In this document: one piece after another, positions 1-15,063 of the stretch
Position numbering within the stretch: the stretch's first letter is position 1
Layout: every line of letters starts with the position of its first letter
Source of the DNA: the human T2T-CHM13v2.0 reference genome, Homo sapiens
DNA length: 64,000 nucleotides
Assembly: GCA_009914755.4 (NCBI GenBank)
Contig: CP068257.2
Location: forward strand, 6,912,001-6,976,000
Direction: 5' to 3'
Notes under the pieces: model-generated
Seen by the model: the letters and a program-made list of their open reading frames with translations, nothing else
Told to the model about the DNA's origin: nothing
Databases searched by the model: none
Made by a program: the position numbers and the translations under genes

Positions 1-420
<420 letters not shown>

Positions 421-430
421 TATTTATTCA

Positions 431-1527
<1,097 letters not shown>

Positions 1528-1548
1528 TGAGGGGGATTCTGTTATTTA

Positions 1549-2210
<662 letters not shown>

Positions 2211-2534
2211 TTAAAGTAAAGGTGGTGTCTTATCCTCAGCTGTCTCTGTGCACAGGGCCAGAGGAAGGAGTCTTGAGTTTCTTGGAAACAGTACCTGGCT
2301 GTAGTGCGACTTAATCTCTGTCTCTTGAGCTGAACAGCCAGGTGAATTTGCCCCAAGTCACATTGGAAAAAGTTGGGCCTCTCTGCTCAGCAAACTGGGA
2401 GAGAAAAATTACAACCAGATTGGGTGTGCCCATTACTCCGATGGCAAACACTGAAAAAAATTCCTTAGGTTATCTATTTATCTCGTTATTGATGTATTGG
2501 TGTGAATTATATCACTGAAGTACTTTGAAATATG

Positions 2535-2745
2535 TAGCTTTGTCATGGAATACGCTATAAGGAAGAAAGAAATCATGTCCTTTGTGGCAATCTGGATGCA
2601 GCTGGGGAATATTATCCTAAGATCATTATCACAGGAACACAGAAACAAATCCTGCATGTTCTCAACTTATAAGTGGGAGCTAAGTGTTGGATATATGCGG
2701 ATATAAACATGGGAACAACAGAAACTGGGGGACTAGCAGAAGAGA
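2535..2745 (+). mobile_element. LINE-1 3'-end fragment (sense)
   Basis: Resembles the L1 ORF2 C-terminus/3'UTR: ATGGAATACGCTATAAGGAAG...TCATGTCCTTTG...GCATGTTCTCAACTTATAAGTGGGAGCTAAG...GGGAACAACAGAAACTGGGG. Confidence 0.65.
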
Positions 2746-2837
2746 GGGAGGGAGGGAGGAAGGGAGGGAGGCTAGGGTTGAAAACCTCAAATAGCCACGA
2801 AACCTTATTGAGCAAATGCAAAGTGTCTGGCGTGTTT

Positions 2838-3244
<407 letters not shown>

Positions 3245-3298
3245 TCACTTGTACCCCAAACCCGAACATCACACAATATTCCCATGTAACAAACCTCC

Positions 3299-3419
3299 TA
3301 CTCAGGAGACCGAGGCAGGAGAATCGCTTGAACCTAGGAGGCAGGAGATCACACCACTGTACTCCAGCCTGGGCGACAAGAGAGAGATTTTGTCTTAAAA
3401 AATAAATAAATAAATAAAT
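3299..3419 (+). mobile_element. Alu right-arm fragment (sense)
   Basis: CTCAGGAGACCGAGGCAGGAGAATCGCTTGAACC...CCAGCCTGGGCGACAAGAGAGAGATTTTGTCTTAAAAAATAAATAAATAAA. Confidence 0.8.
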
Positions 3420-3496
3420 GAAATTCCAAATTATTATATACAAATATATATGCAGCTTTCCAAGGACAAATGGACTGTTCTAAAAAAAAAAAAAAA

Positions 3497-3810
<314 letters not shown>

Positions 3811-3892
3811 TGAAATTCCAACATTATTATATACAAATATATATGCATCTTTCCAGGGACAAATGGACTGTTCTAAAAAAAAAAAAAAAAAA

Positions 3893-4199
<307 letters not shown>

Positions 4200-4721
4200 T
4201 TAAACAACAACAACGCTTAAGTGTTAAACAACAACAACAAAAAAGGAAACCATTAGAGGATTCTGTCAGTGATTCATGGAGACTGGCTTGGCGAATGCCG
4301 TTGAAAAGAAGGGCCGTCATCCCAGACTCCGGGTGATAGACAGGTGAACGCCTAAGAAGAAAGCATTTATTTTCCATGTTTAAATCGTTATTAAACAAGA
4401 CACATACTGCAAAACATTTCTTGGAAGGGAGCAACGTGAACCAGCCATGGGCTGCCTGAAGAGCCCCAGATGTAAACCATTACATTATCTGAGGATTAAA
4501 GTGTGTTCACATTTCCAGTTTTGCCCATCAGGAAGGCATGTGATTTGAAAGTGTAATTGGCCGATGTCATTTTTGGGGAAACGCACAGCGTGCTGTGGAC
4601 GTATTAACTTACTGTAAAGAATGTATGGGGCGTGTGGCCTCCTTGCAGGATTCTGGGACATGGGGTGAAGTCCCCACTATCAATGGGCACCCACAGGTGT
4701 GTGGATACCCCACCCAGCAGA

Positions 4722-5926
4722 GGCTCCAGCATGATTTACCCACCAGAGGCTCCAGCATGATTTACCCACCAGAGGCTCCAGCATGATTTACCCACCAGAG
4801 GCTCTAGCATGATTTACCCAACAGAAGCTTCAGCATGATTTACCCACCAGAGGTTCCAACATAATTTACCCACCAGAAGCTCCAGCATGATTTACCCACC
4901 AGAGGTTCCAGCATGATTTACCCACCAGAAGCTTCAGCATGATCCACCCACCAGAGGCTCCAACATGGTCCACCCACCAGAAGCTCCAGCATAATTTACC
5001 CACCAGAAGCTCCACCATGGTCCACCCACCAGAAGCTCCAGCATGGTCCACCCATCAGAAGGTCCAGCATAATTTACCTCCAAGAAGCTCCCACCATGGT
5101 CTACTCACCAGAAGCTCCACCATGGTCCACCCACCAGAAGCTCCAGCATGGTCCATCCACCAGAAGCTCCAGCATGATCCACCCACCAGAAGCTCCAGCA
5201 TGGTCCACTCACCAGAAGCTCCAGCATGGTCCACCCACCAGAAGTTCCAGCATGATTTACCCATGAGAAACTCCAGCATGGTCCACCCACCAGAAGCTCC
5301 AGCATGATTTACCCACGAGAAGCTCCGGCATAATTTATCCACCAGAAGCTCCACCATGGTCTACTCACCAGAAGCTCCAGCATGATTTACCCACCAGAAG
5401 CTCCAGCATGCTCCACCCACCAGAAGCTCCACCATGGTCTATCCACCAGAAGCTCCACTATGGTCCACCTACCAGAAACTCCAGTATACTTCACTCACCA
5501 GAAGCTCAGCATGGTCCATCCACCAGAAGCTCCACCATGATCTACCCACCAGAAGCTCCACCATGGCCTACCTACCAGAAGCTCCAGTATGGTTCACCAA
5601 CCAGAAGCCCCAGCATGGTCCACCCACCAGAAGCTCCAGCATGGTCCACCTACCAGAAGCTCCAGCATGATTTACCCATGAGAAGCTCCAGCATAATTTA
5701 TCCACCAGAAGCTCCACCATGGTCTACTCACCAGAAGCTCCAGCATTATTTACCCACCAGAAGCTCCACCATGGGCCACCCACCAGAAGATTCAGCATCG
5801 TCCACCCACCAGAAGCTCCAGCATCGCCCACCCACCAGAAGCTCTAGCATTGTCCACCCACCAGAAGCTCCAGCATCGCCCACCCACCAGAAGCTCCAGT
5901 ATGGTCCACCCACCAGAAGCTCCAGC
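4722..5926. repeat. 26-bp minisatellite, about 46 tandem copies
   Basis: Head-to-tail unit GATTTACCCACCAGAGGCTCCAGCAT, with variants GGTCCACCCACCAGAAGCTCCAGCAT and CCAGCATCGCCCACCCACCAGAAGCT. It explains the repetitive HPPEAPAWSTHQKLQH ORFs on both strands. Confidence 0.9.
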
Positions 5927-5965
5927 TTCTTCTAAAAAGCTGATGCTGTTTGCTGTATTTGCTTT

Positions 5966-6103
5966 CTTTTTCTGGGAGGTGGAGGTTGCAGTGAGCCAAG
6001 ATTGCACCACTGTACTCTGGCCTGAGCAACAAAGGCAGAGACTCCATCTCAAACAAACATACAAACACAACAAAAACAAACAAACAAACAAACAAACAAA
6101 AAC
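5966..6103 (+). mobile_element. Alu right-arm fragment with a (CAAA)n tail
   Basis: GGGAGGTGGAGGTTGCAGTGAGCCAAGATTGCACCACTGTACTCTGGCCTGAGCAACAAAGGCAGAGACTCCATCTCAAACAAAC... Confidence 0.8.
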
Positions 6104-6420
6104 ACTTTTATTTTAGGTCCAGGGGTACATGTGTGGGTTTGTTATATAGGTAAACTCATGTCATAGGGGTTTGTTGTACAGATTATTTTGTCACCCAGGT
6201 ACAAACTTTGTACACAATAAGTTATTTTTTTCTGATCCATTCCCTCCTCCCAACCTGCACCCTTAAAGAAAATGTGCCACATATGCATGGAATACTATAC
6301 AGCCATAAAAAAGTATCAGCTCATATCCTTTGCAGGAACACAGCTGGAGCTATGGTATGCTTAGCAAACCAATGCAGGAACAGAAAACTAAATACCACAC
6401 GTTTTCATTTAAAAGTGGGA
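6104..6420. mobile_element. LINE-1 3'-end derived pieces in inverted arrangement
   Basis: 6104-6245 reads like the antisense L1 3' end (GGTACATGTGTGGGTTTGTTATATAGGTAAACTCATGTCATAGGGGTTTGTTGTACAGATTATTTTGTCACCCAGG...CCCTCCTCCCAACC). 6246-6420 reads like the sense ORF2 end (AAAGAAAATGTGCCACATATGCATGGAATACTATACAGCCATAAAAAAG...ACACGTTTTCATTTAAAAGTGGGAGC). Confidence 0.6.
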
Positions 6421-6422
6421 GC

Positions 6423-7056
<634 letters not shown>

Positions 7057-7310
7057 TTAAAAATAAAAGTGAGAGCTAAATGATGAGAACCTATGGACAA
7101 GAGACACTGATTTTTTTTCCTGGTGTTACCCACATCACGAAGAATATTGTTTTTTCACCCCACTGATGCTTGGAACCACCTGTCAACCAGTTTTCTTATA
7201 TTGTTTTATTTAAATAGAAGGAAGAAGGGAAGACCCTGACCTTCCAGGGTACCTGGGGAGGTAAGAAGTAATCTATGTAACAGGAATGGGGAAAGAGAGC
7301 AGGTAGGTAG

Positions 7311-7692
<382 letters not shown>

Positions 7693-7705
7693 AAAAGGAT
7701 GACAA

Positions 7706-7850
7706 CCATGCCTGGCTAATTTTTGTATTTTTAGTAGAGACAGGGTTTCACCATGTTGGCCAGGCTGGTCTCGATCTCCTGACCTCGTGATCCACCAGCC
7801 TTGGCCTCCCAAAGTGCTGGGATTACAGTTATGAGCCACTGCGCCTGGCC
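7706..7850 (-). mobile_element. Alu fragment (antisense, 5' half)
   Basis: CCATGCCTGGCTAATTTTTGTATTTTTAGTAGAGACAGGGTTTCACCATGTTGGCCAGGCTGGTCTCGATCTCCTGACCTCGTGATCC...GAGCCACTGCGCCTGGCC. Confidence 0.85.
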
Positions 7851-8064
7851 AGTTGACTGCTTTTGTAATCAAGAAACCTTGTGATATATAAATAGCCACT
7901 TTCCAAAAAAAAAAAAAAAAAAAAAAATCACCAGAATACCTCCAGTATTGACAAGCTGTGGGGTGTTGAGAGAATTCGAGATTGTCTTAGCAGCCTGGGA
8001 CCTTTCAGTAGTCCTGAACAGAACAGTGGACGATGATCTCATTGTTGAATCAGGAGGATGTGCT

Positions 8065-8510
8065 CCTATTCACAACAGCAAAGACTTGGAACCAACCCAA
8101 ATGCCCATCAGTGATAAACTGAATAAAGAAAATGTGGCACATAGACACCATGGAATACTATGCAGCCATAAAAATGGATGCATTCATGTCCTTTGCTGGG
8201 ACATGCATGAAGCTGGAAGCCATCATTCTCAGCAAACTAACACAGGAACAGAAAACCAAGCACCGCATGTTCTCACTCATAAGAGGGAGTTGAACAATGA
8301 GAACACATGGACACAGAGAGGGGAACATAACACACTAGGGCCTGTCTGGGGGTTGGGGGAAAGTGGAGGGACAGCATTAGGACAAATACATAATGCAGGC
8401 AGGGCTTAAAACCTAGATGATGGGTTGATAGGTGCAGCAAACCACCATAGTGCATGTATACCTATGTAACAAACCTGCACGTTCTGCAAATATATACCAT
8501 AACTTGAAGT
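8065..8510 (+). mobile_element. LINE-1 3' end (sense; ORF2 C-terminus plus 3'UTR)
   Basis: CAAAGACTTGGAACCAACCCAAATGCCCATCAGTGATAAACTGAATAAAGAAAATGTGGCACATAGACACCATGGAATACTATGCAGCCATAAAAATGGATG...CCGCATGTTCTCACTCATAAGAGGGAGTTGAACAATGAGAACACATGGACACAG...GGTGCAGCAAACCACCATAGTGCATGTATACCTATGTAACAAACCTGCACGTTCTGC; this matches the L1 ORF2 end/3'UTR consensus I recall. Confidence 0.85.
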
Positions 8511-8610
8511 GAAGAAGGAGAAGGAGGAGAAGAAGAAGAAGAAGAAGAAGAAGAAGAAGAAGAAGAAGAAGGGGAAGAAGAAGAAGAAGAAGAAGAAGAA
8601 GAAGAAGAAG

Positions 8611-8642
<32 letters not shown>

Positions 8643-8866
8643 GAAGAAGAGGAGGAGGAGGAGGAGGAGAAGGAGGGGGAGGAGAAGGAGGAGGAAGGGG
8701 TAGGGGAAGGGGAAAAAGAAGAAGGAGAAGGAGAGGAGGAAGAAGAGGAAGAGGGAGAAGAGGGAGAAGAAGGAGAAGGAGAGGAGGAAGAGGAAGAAGA
8801 AGAAGGAGAAGGAGAAAAGAAGGAGGAGGAGGAGCGGGAGGAGCAGGGGGAGAAGAAGAAGTAGGG
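8511..8866. repeat. (GAA)n/(GGA)n purine-rich microsatellite, about 355 bp
   Basis: Long near-perfect GAAGAAGAAGAA run followed by GGAGGAGGAG/GAAGGAGAAGG variants directly after the L1 3' end. It explains the Ser/Pro-rich ORF 8462..8914 on the minus strand. Confidence 0.9.
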
Positions 8867-9244
8867 TGTGTTCACATGGAAATTTGCTTCTAGCACCCAG
8901 TGGTTAAAAGGCACTCAAAACTTGTAATCACAGAGAGGGTGGTGATGACGGTTTTTAAACATGCCATTCATTTGGAAGAAAACACTTGTGTCTTTACTTG
9001 TCTAGATGTAATGCCAAGTACCCACACTTCCTGTACAGACAGAACTTCATTTACTATTTATTCAATTTCCTCAAAGAGCAGGATGAAATAATTCCCTTTT
9101 CTATTTGGGGGGAAATGGGTTATTATTTACGCGGGTTTTGTTAAGAGAATTGTAAATGATTTCTTCCCTATCATCTGTCCAAACAGCTCAATGGGGAACT
9201 TTATTAGAACCAAAGCATGTATTAAAAAGTCTCGGCCAGGCACG

Positions 9245-9534
9245 GTGGCTCACATCTGTAATCCTAGCACTCTGGGAGGCCGAGGTGGGGGGATTACCTG
9301 AGGTCAGGAGGTCAAGACCAGCCTGGCCAAGAAGGTGAAACCTGTGTCTACTAAAAATACAAAAATTAGCCGGACAAGGTGGAGGGTTCCTGTAATCTCA
9401 TCTGCTCGGGAGGCTGAGGCAGAGAATTGCTTGAACCCGGGAGGTGGAGGTTGTGGTGAGCCAAGATCGCGCCACTGCACTACAGCCAGGGTGACAGAGT
9501 GAGACTCTGTCTAAAAAATAAAAATAAAAATAAA
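9245..9534 (+). mobile_element. Alu SINE (sense)
   Basis: GGCCAGGCACGGTGGCTCACATCTGTAATCCTAGCACTCTGGGAGGCCGAGG...CACTGCACTACAGCCAGGGTGACAGAGTGAGACTCTGTCTAAAAAATAAAAATAAAAATAAA. Confidence 0.9.
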
Positions 9535-9699
9535 GAGTCTCTAAAATCTTCATTGAAAACTCATTTCGTCTCAAGACATCATTTATTTTGCAAATGTATT
9601 CTTCATGGGTGGCATGTGAATTTGTAATGTGATATAGAAATTTTGGAATTTACTTTTTTGTTGTTTTTTGGTTGTTATCTTTCTTTTTTTTAAATTTTA

Positions 9700-9765
9700 T
9701 TATTATTATACTTTAAGTTTTAGGGTACCTGTGCACAACATGCAGGTTGGTTACATATGTATACA
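9700..9765 (+). mobile_element. Short L1 3'-end-like fragment
   Basis: TATTATTATACTTTAAGTTTTAGGGTACCTGTGCACAACATGCAGGTTGGTTACATATGTATACAAG. Confidence 0.5.
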
Positions 9766-10164
9766 AGAATTTACTTTTAAAAAGTTTTAAATAAGAAGGA
9801 AATACTTTCTAGGTAAATTTAATTGTATATAGAAGACCTAATGGGTGAGAATCTGTCTTGAAAGCTGGAGACACGTCAATAAATAAGAATACACAATTAG
9901 AATAAGAAAGAGTAACAAACACTCTGCCCTCTAAAGCTTCCATTCTGCTTGGAGAAACCAAGAAAAACCCGAGAATCTTGGCCAAATACAATCTAGGATA
10001 ATGCAGTCAGGGAGCTGTCTGGTGAGTGTTGGAGGCCCCATAGGAACGCTGAGGAAGAAGAAGTTGAGGAAGAAGAAGACGCTTGTCACTAGGAGAATTC
10101 TAAGAATAAAAAAGGATGAAGACAAAGTGATTTCACCAAAGATGTCCAAGTTGTAATTATCTCG

Positions 10165-11315
10165 TGGTAGACAGAATAATGGCCCCAAAGATATCCATGT
10201 CCTAATCCCCATGTGGTAGACAGAATAATGGCCCTAAAGATGTTACCAATATCCTATTCCCCATGTGGTAGACAGAATAATGGCCCTAAAGATGTTACCA
10301 ATATCCTATTCCCCATGTGGTAGACAGAATAATGGCCCTAAAGATGTTACCAATATCCTATTCCCCATGTGGTAGACAGAATAATGGCCCCAAAGATATC
10401 CATGTCCTAATCCCCATGTGGTAGACAGAATAATGGCCCTAAAGATGTTACCAATATCCTATTCCCCATGTGGTAGACAGAATAATGTCCCCAGAGATGT
10501 CCATGTCCTAATCCCCATGTGGTAGACAGAATAATGGCCCCAAAGATGTCCACATCCTAATCCCCATGTGGGAGACAGAATAATGATCCTAAAGATGTGA
10601 CCAACATCCTATTTCCCACGTGGTAGACAGAATAATGGTCCCAGAGATGTCCATGTCCTAATCCCCATGTGGTAGACAGAATAGTGGTCCCAAAGATGTC
10701 CACATCCTAATCCCGTGTGATAGACAGAACAATGGCCCCAAAGATGTCCATGTCCTAATCCCATGTGGTGAAAACAATAATGTTCCCAAAGATCTTCACA
10801 TCCTAAATCCCATGTGGGAGACAGAATAATGGCCCCAAAGATGTCCACATCCTAATCTCCACTTGGTAGACAGAATAATGGCCTCAAATATGTCCATGTC
10901 CTAATCCCATGTGGCAGACAGAATAATGGCCCTAAAGATGTCCACGTCCTAATCCCCATGTGATAGACAGAATAATGGCCCCAAAGATGTACACATCCTA
11001 ATCCCCATGTGGCAGACAGAATAATGGCCCCAAAGATGTCCACGTCCTAATCCCCATGTGATAGACAGAATAAGGGCCCCAAAGATGTACACATCCTAAT
11101 CCCCACGTGGCAGACAGAATAATGGCCCCAAAGATGTCCACGTCCTAATCCCAATGTGGGAGACAGAATAATGGTCCCAAAGATACCCATGTCCTAATCC
11201 TCATGTGATACAGAGAATAATGGTCCCAAAGATGTCCATGTCCTAATACTAGGTAGCAGACAGAATAATGGCCCCAAGGATGTCTACCTCCTAATCCCCA
11301 TGTGGTTGACAGAGT
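10165..11315. repeat. 52-53-bp minisatellite, about 22 tandem copies
   Basis: Repeated unit CCCCATGTGGTAGACAGAATAATGGCCC(C/T)AAAGATGT(CCA/TAC)..ATCCTAAT with unit variants. It explains ORFs 10609..11351 on the minus strand. Confidence 0.9.
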
Positions 11316-11800
11316 AAGCACCCCCTTCCCCCCCTCAAAAAAAATCCACATCCTAATTCCAGAAATCTGTAAAAATCTGTCATGGCTAAAAATATTTTGC
11401 AGATGTGATTAGTTTAAGAATCATGAAATGAAATGACCCTGGATTATCCAGCTGGGTCTAAGATCATCACAGGATCTTTGTAAGAGGGAGCCAGGAGTGC
11501 CAGAGCCAGAGGAGGTGATGTTAGGACAAAAGCAAAGGTCAGAGTCACAGAGAAATTAGAAGATGCTGCACTACTGGCTTTGAAGGTCAAGGAAGGGTCC
11601 AGGAGCCAAGGAATACTCTAGAAACATTCCCTTAGAAGCAGGAAATGGCAAGGAAACTGATTCTCCCCCAGAACTTGCATCAAGAGGGAAGTTTAACTGA
11701 CACCTTGGTTTTAGGCCAGTGAGACCCAGGGTGGGCTTCAAAACTACAACACTGTAAGATAATACATTTGTGTTGCTTTAATCCAATACGAATGTGATCA
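11316..11800 (+). mobile_element. MaLR-type LTR (MLT1-like), truncated at its 5' end by the minisatellite
   Basis: ATCCACATCCTAATTCCAGAAATCTGT...GCAGATGTGATTAGTTTAAGAATC...CCCTGGATTATCCAGCTGGGTCTAAGATCATCACAGGATCTTTGTAAGAGGGAGCCAGGAG...GAAGATGCTGCACTACTGGCTTTGAAGGTCAAGGAAGGG...CACCTTGGTTTTAGGCCAGTGAGACCCAG...ACTGTAAGATAATACATTTGTGTTGCTTTAATCC resembles the MLT1 consensus as I recall it. Confidence 0.5.
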
Positions 11801-12164
11801 TAGGTGATGGCGGCCAGAGGACACTCACAGAAGGAGTAATGTACTGGCGGTCTGCAGCAGGAATGAATTTGGCATGACTGGGGGGACGCCCAAGGGGGCA
11901 GCAAAGAAGAACAAGCAAAGGCTAAATGTGACGACTCGTTTTAGAAGAACCCCCTTCAGAAGAAGAATCAATAAAGCAAAGGCTGAAATCAACTTTGTCT
12001 TCTTTTCTTCCCCAGACATAATTTACGTTATTTTATTGGGACCACAGAGTCCCAGTTGGAGCAAGTGACCAGGGACAGAGTTACAAAGAAGCCATAGGGA
12101 AGTAGTCAGATTGTATTCTGACTTCGATGTGAAATTATTGGCTGGTTTTGAGTGGCATGAGGGA

Positions 12165-12540
12165 TGTCTTAGTCAGCTCGGGTTGCCATAACAAAAATTA
12201 TAGACTGGGTGGCTTAAGTAACAGCCATTGATTTCTCACAGTTCTGGAGATGGGGAAGTTTGAGATCAAGGTATGGCAGATTTATTGTCTGGAGTGGGTC
12301 CTCTTGCTGGTTCACAGATGGTGCCTTCAGAGAGAGAAAGAGAGAGAGAGAGAGCTCTTTTGTGTTTCTCGCTCTTCTTATAAGGATACTAATCACGTCA
12401 TGAAGGACCCATCCTCATGACCTCATCTAAACCTCATCACCTCCAGAGACTTCACCTCCTAATATCATCCCACTGGGGACTAGGGTTTCAATATGGTGCA
12501 TTTTGGAGGGACATGACTAGTAGTGGTTAGGCCTTCAACA
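12165..12540 (+). mobile_element. MaLR-type solo LTR (THE1/MST-like family)
   Basis: TGTCTTAGTCAGCTCGGGTTGCCATAACAAAAATTATAGACTGGGTGGCTTAAGTAACAGCCATTGATTTCTCACAGTTCTGGAG...GGTGCCTTC...CTTATAAGGATACTAATC...CATCCTCATGACCTCATC...CTAATATCATCCCACTGGGGACTAGGGTTTCAATATGGTGCATTTTGGAGGGACAT; has the TG...CA LTR-like ends of that family. Confidence 0.5.
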
Positions 12541-13446
12541 TACAAATTTTGGGAAACTTTGCTATTTAGTCATTAGCAAGGGATGAGGGCCACAGGCTAA
12601 AAATCATCTCTATTTTTAAAAGATTTCTCTGCTTAAGAATAATACCAGGATCAAAGCAGAAACCAGGACAGAAGCCAAGAGATCAATCAGGAGGATGTGG
12701 CTATGATCCAGATGACATATGTCATGCATGAGGGTGAAGAAAGCAAAGGCAGGAAAATCTGATCCAATTTGACAAATGTTTGAGGTCATTCAAGAGACTT
12801 GCCAATGAATTGTATAAAGGGGAGATGAGAGAAAGAAGAGTTCAGTTTCCAAAGTCTTCTGCCAAAACACTTCTCAGGGGTGGTGGTGAATCCAGTGAAG
12901 GCTTTCCAGATGGTTTGGGATGGGTTAACTTGGAAGCCCTAATCATTTATCTGAGCTGAGAAGTTGAGGATACAGTTACATGCATGAATCCGAAGTAGAG
13001 AAAAGATGTCAAAGCCAGAGATGGGAATTTAGGATTTTGAGTGGATGTGTCAAGTCCTGGGGCTGAGTGAGATCCCCTGGAGAGAGAAGGAAGCTTATGT
13101 TTGAGCCCTAGTTCAGCCCAGCATTTAGAAGAACACCTTTGGGAAGAGGAGAAGAACAAGCAAAGGCTAAATGTGACTCCCTGTTTTAGAAGAATCTCCT
13201 TTAGAAGAAGAATCAATAAAGCAAAGGCTGAACTCAACTTTGTCCTCTTTTCTCCCCCAGACATAATTTATGTTCTTTTATTGGGAGTTTGTTTCCCACT
13301 CAACCTTTCAGGTAAGAGCTCTGAAGTCACGTTTGATTTTTCCCTCAACATCAAAGAGACACAACAGTTTGCTTCTGTGGTGACTGTTTTTTTGTTTGTT
13401 TTTGTATTTTTGTTTTTTGTTTTTGTGTGTTTGTGTTATTTTAATT

Positions 13447-13733
13447 GTTTGAGACAATGTCTCACTCTGTCACCTGGGCTGGAGTGCAGTGGCACAATCT
13501 CAGCTCACTGCAACCTCCACCTCCTGGGCTTAAGTGATCCTCCCACCTCAGCTCCCCTAGTAGCTAGGACTACAGGCACACACCACCACTCCTGGCTATT
13601 TTTTCTATTTTTAATAGAGATGGGGGTCTCATCATGTTGCCCAGGCTGGTCTTGAACTCCAGAGCTCAAGTGATCTGCCTGTCTTGACCTCTCAAAGTGC
13701 TGGGATTACAGGTGTGAGCCATGGTGCCCAGCC
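13447..13733 (-). mobile_element. Alu SINE (antisense), preceded by (GTTTT)n-like low complexity at 13386-13440
   Basis: TTTGAGACAATGTCTCACTCTGTCACCTGGGCTGGAGTGCAGTGG...CAAAGTGCTGGGATTACAGGTGTGAGCCATGGTGCCCAGCC. Confidence 0.9.
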
Positions 13734-14884
13734 TCACTGGTGACTTTGAATGCCTTCTCACTTCTTCCTTCCCACTCCATGCTCCAGGTTCAAAGACTCC
13801 ATTACCACCATCCATCCCATGCCAGAGTCTCCAGGCTTCCATCTTCAGTGCCATCCCTTCTCATCCATCTATGCATGGGTTCCAAGGTAATAGGTCCAAA
13901 CACATTTAGACCTATTTAATATGTATTAGCATAAATGTTGACATGACTGGTCACAAAATGTTGGTGGTTTCTCATCAACTGCAGAGAATAGTTCAGGATC
14001 CTTACCTAAGTGTCTGATATCTTTCATAAATTCACACATGGAAAGATGTGGCCTCTCTGTCTGTACTTCATCACATCACACCCAGCACCTCAATCTCTGA
14101 CTCCATCGTCAATTTCCTAGTTCCCTGACTTTCCCTGCCCAGCCCTGAGTCATTGTAACATCTGATTCATCTTTTAAAGTTTAACAACAACAACAACAAA
14201 ATCATCTGCTCTGAGAAGCCAGCCTTTCTCAGGTGCAGAGATTATCCCAGAGATAGACATACGGTTCAAGACAGGCTAGTTAACCTTCCCCTGAATTTGA
14301 TCAGCAAAGACTGAGGCGGTGGAGGGAGAAGCTCAGACTGTGAATCTATAGCTGCAGCAGCTGGAATTTTTTTTCCATCCTATATTCCAAGACTTTTTCT
14401 AAGAGAATCTAGACCGGAACCCAGAGAGAAGCAGAGAGTTGAGAGAGTCATCAGAACTTGGGAGATCCCTGAGAAGCTGTCCACCTCTACTTTTTGAGAC
14501 TGTTTTTCCTAGACTCCCTTGCAGCTCTGTGTGACTGTATGATGAATTTTGAGCTCATGAGAAGTAAGTAGGAATGTATTAAGACCATAAAAATCTCTTT
14601 AATTTCGTAAAAAAGTGAATGTGAACTCTTCCCTCTCCTTTTGCTGCTAGCTGCAATGGAGATGTGAGGGCTGGAAACCATGCCACCATATTGAACCATG
14701 AGTAGAAAGTCACGTACTAAAATAGTGGAGCAACAACATTCAAAATGCCTGACATCTTGAATCTGTACAATAACCTGGACCCCTTGTTCTGGTCTCCTAT
14801 CATATCAGAGAGAAACAAACTTCCATCTTATTTAAGTCATGATTATTTGCTTATTTCCATACATTTGTTTATGCAGTTATACGA

Positions 14885-15006
14885 TATTTATTCCATCTAT
14901 CTATTATCTATCATCTATCCTATCTATCTAACCTTCATCTATCCCTCTCTCTATCATCTATCATCCATCTTATTCTATGTGACTATCTATCTATCATCCA
15001 TCTTAT

Positions 15007-15063
<57 letters not shown>

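Noticed and set aside
4595-6116. Many overlapping ORFs on both strands with repetitive peptides (HPPEAPAWSTHQKLQHDLPTRSS..., MLELLVGG.CWSFWWVDHAGASGGW...)
   Set aside because: They are produced by the 26-bp minisatellite. The period is not a multiple of 3, so all frames stay open. There are no start context or splice signals and no known domain
8462-8914. 150-aa Ser/Pro-rich ORF on the minus strand
   Set aside because: It is a translation of the (TTC)n/(TCC)n complement of the GAA microsatellite, i.e. a composition artefact
10165-11330. Regularly spaced direct repeats could superficially resemble a CRISPR array
   Set aside because: The units are contiguous with no unique spacers, and the sequence is human (Alu/L1-rich). 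It is a eukaryotic minisatellite derived from an LTR terminus
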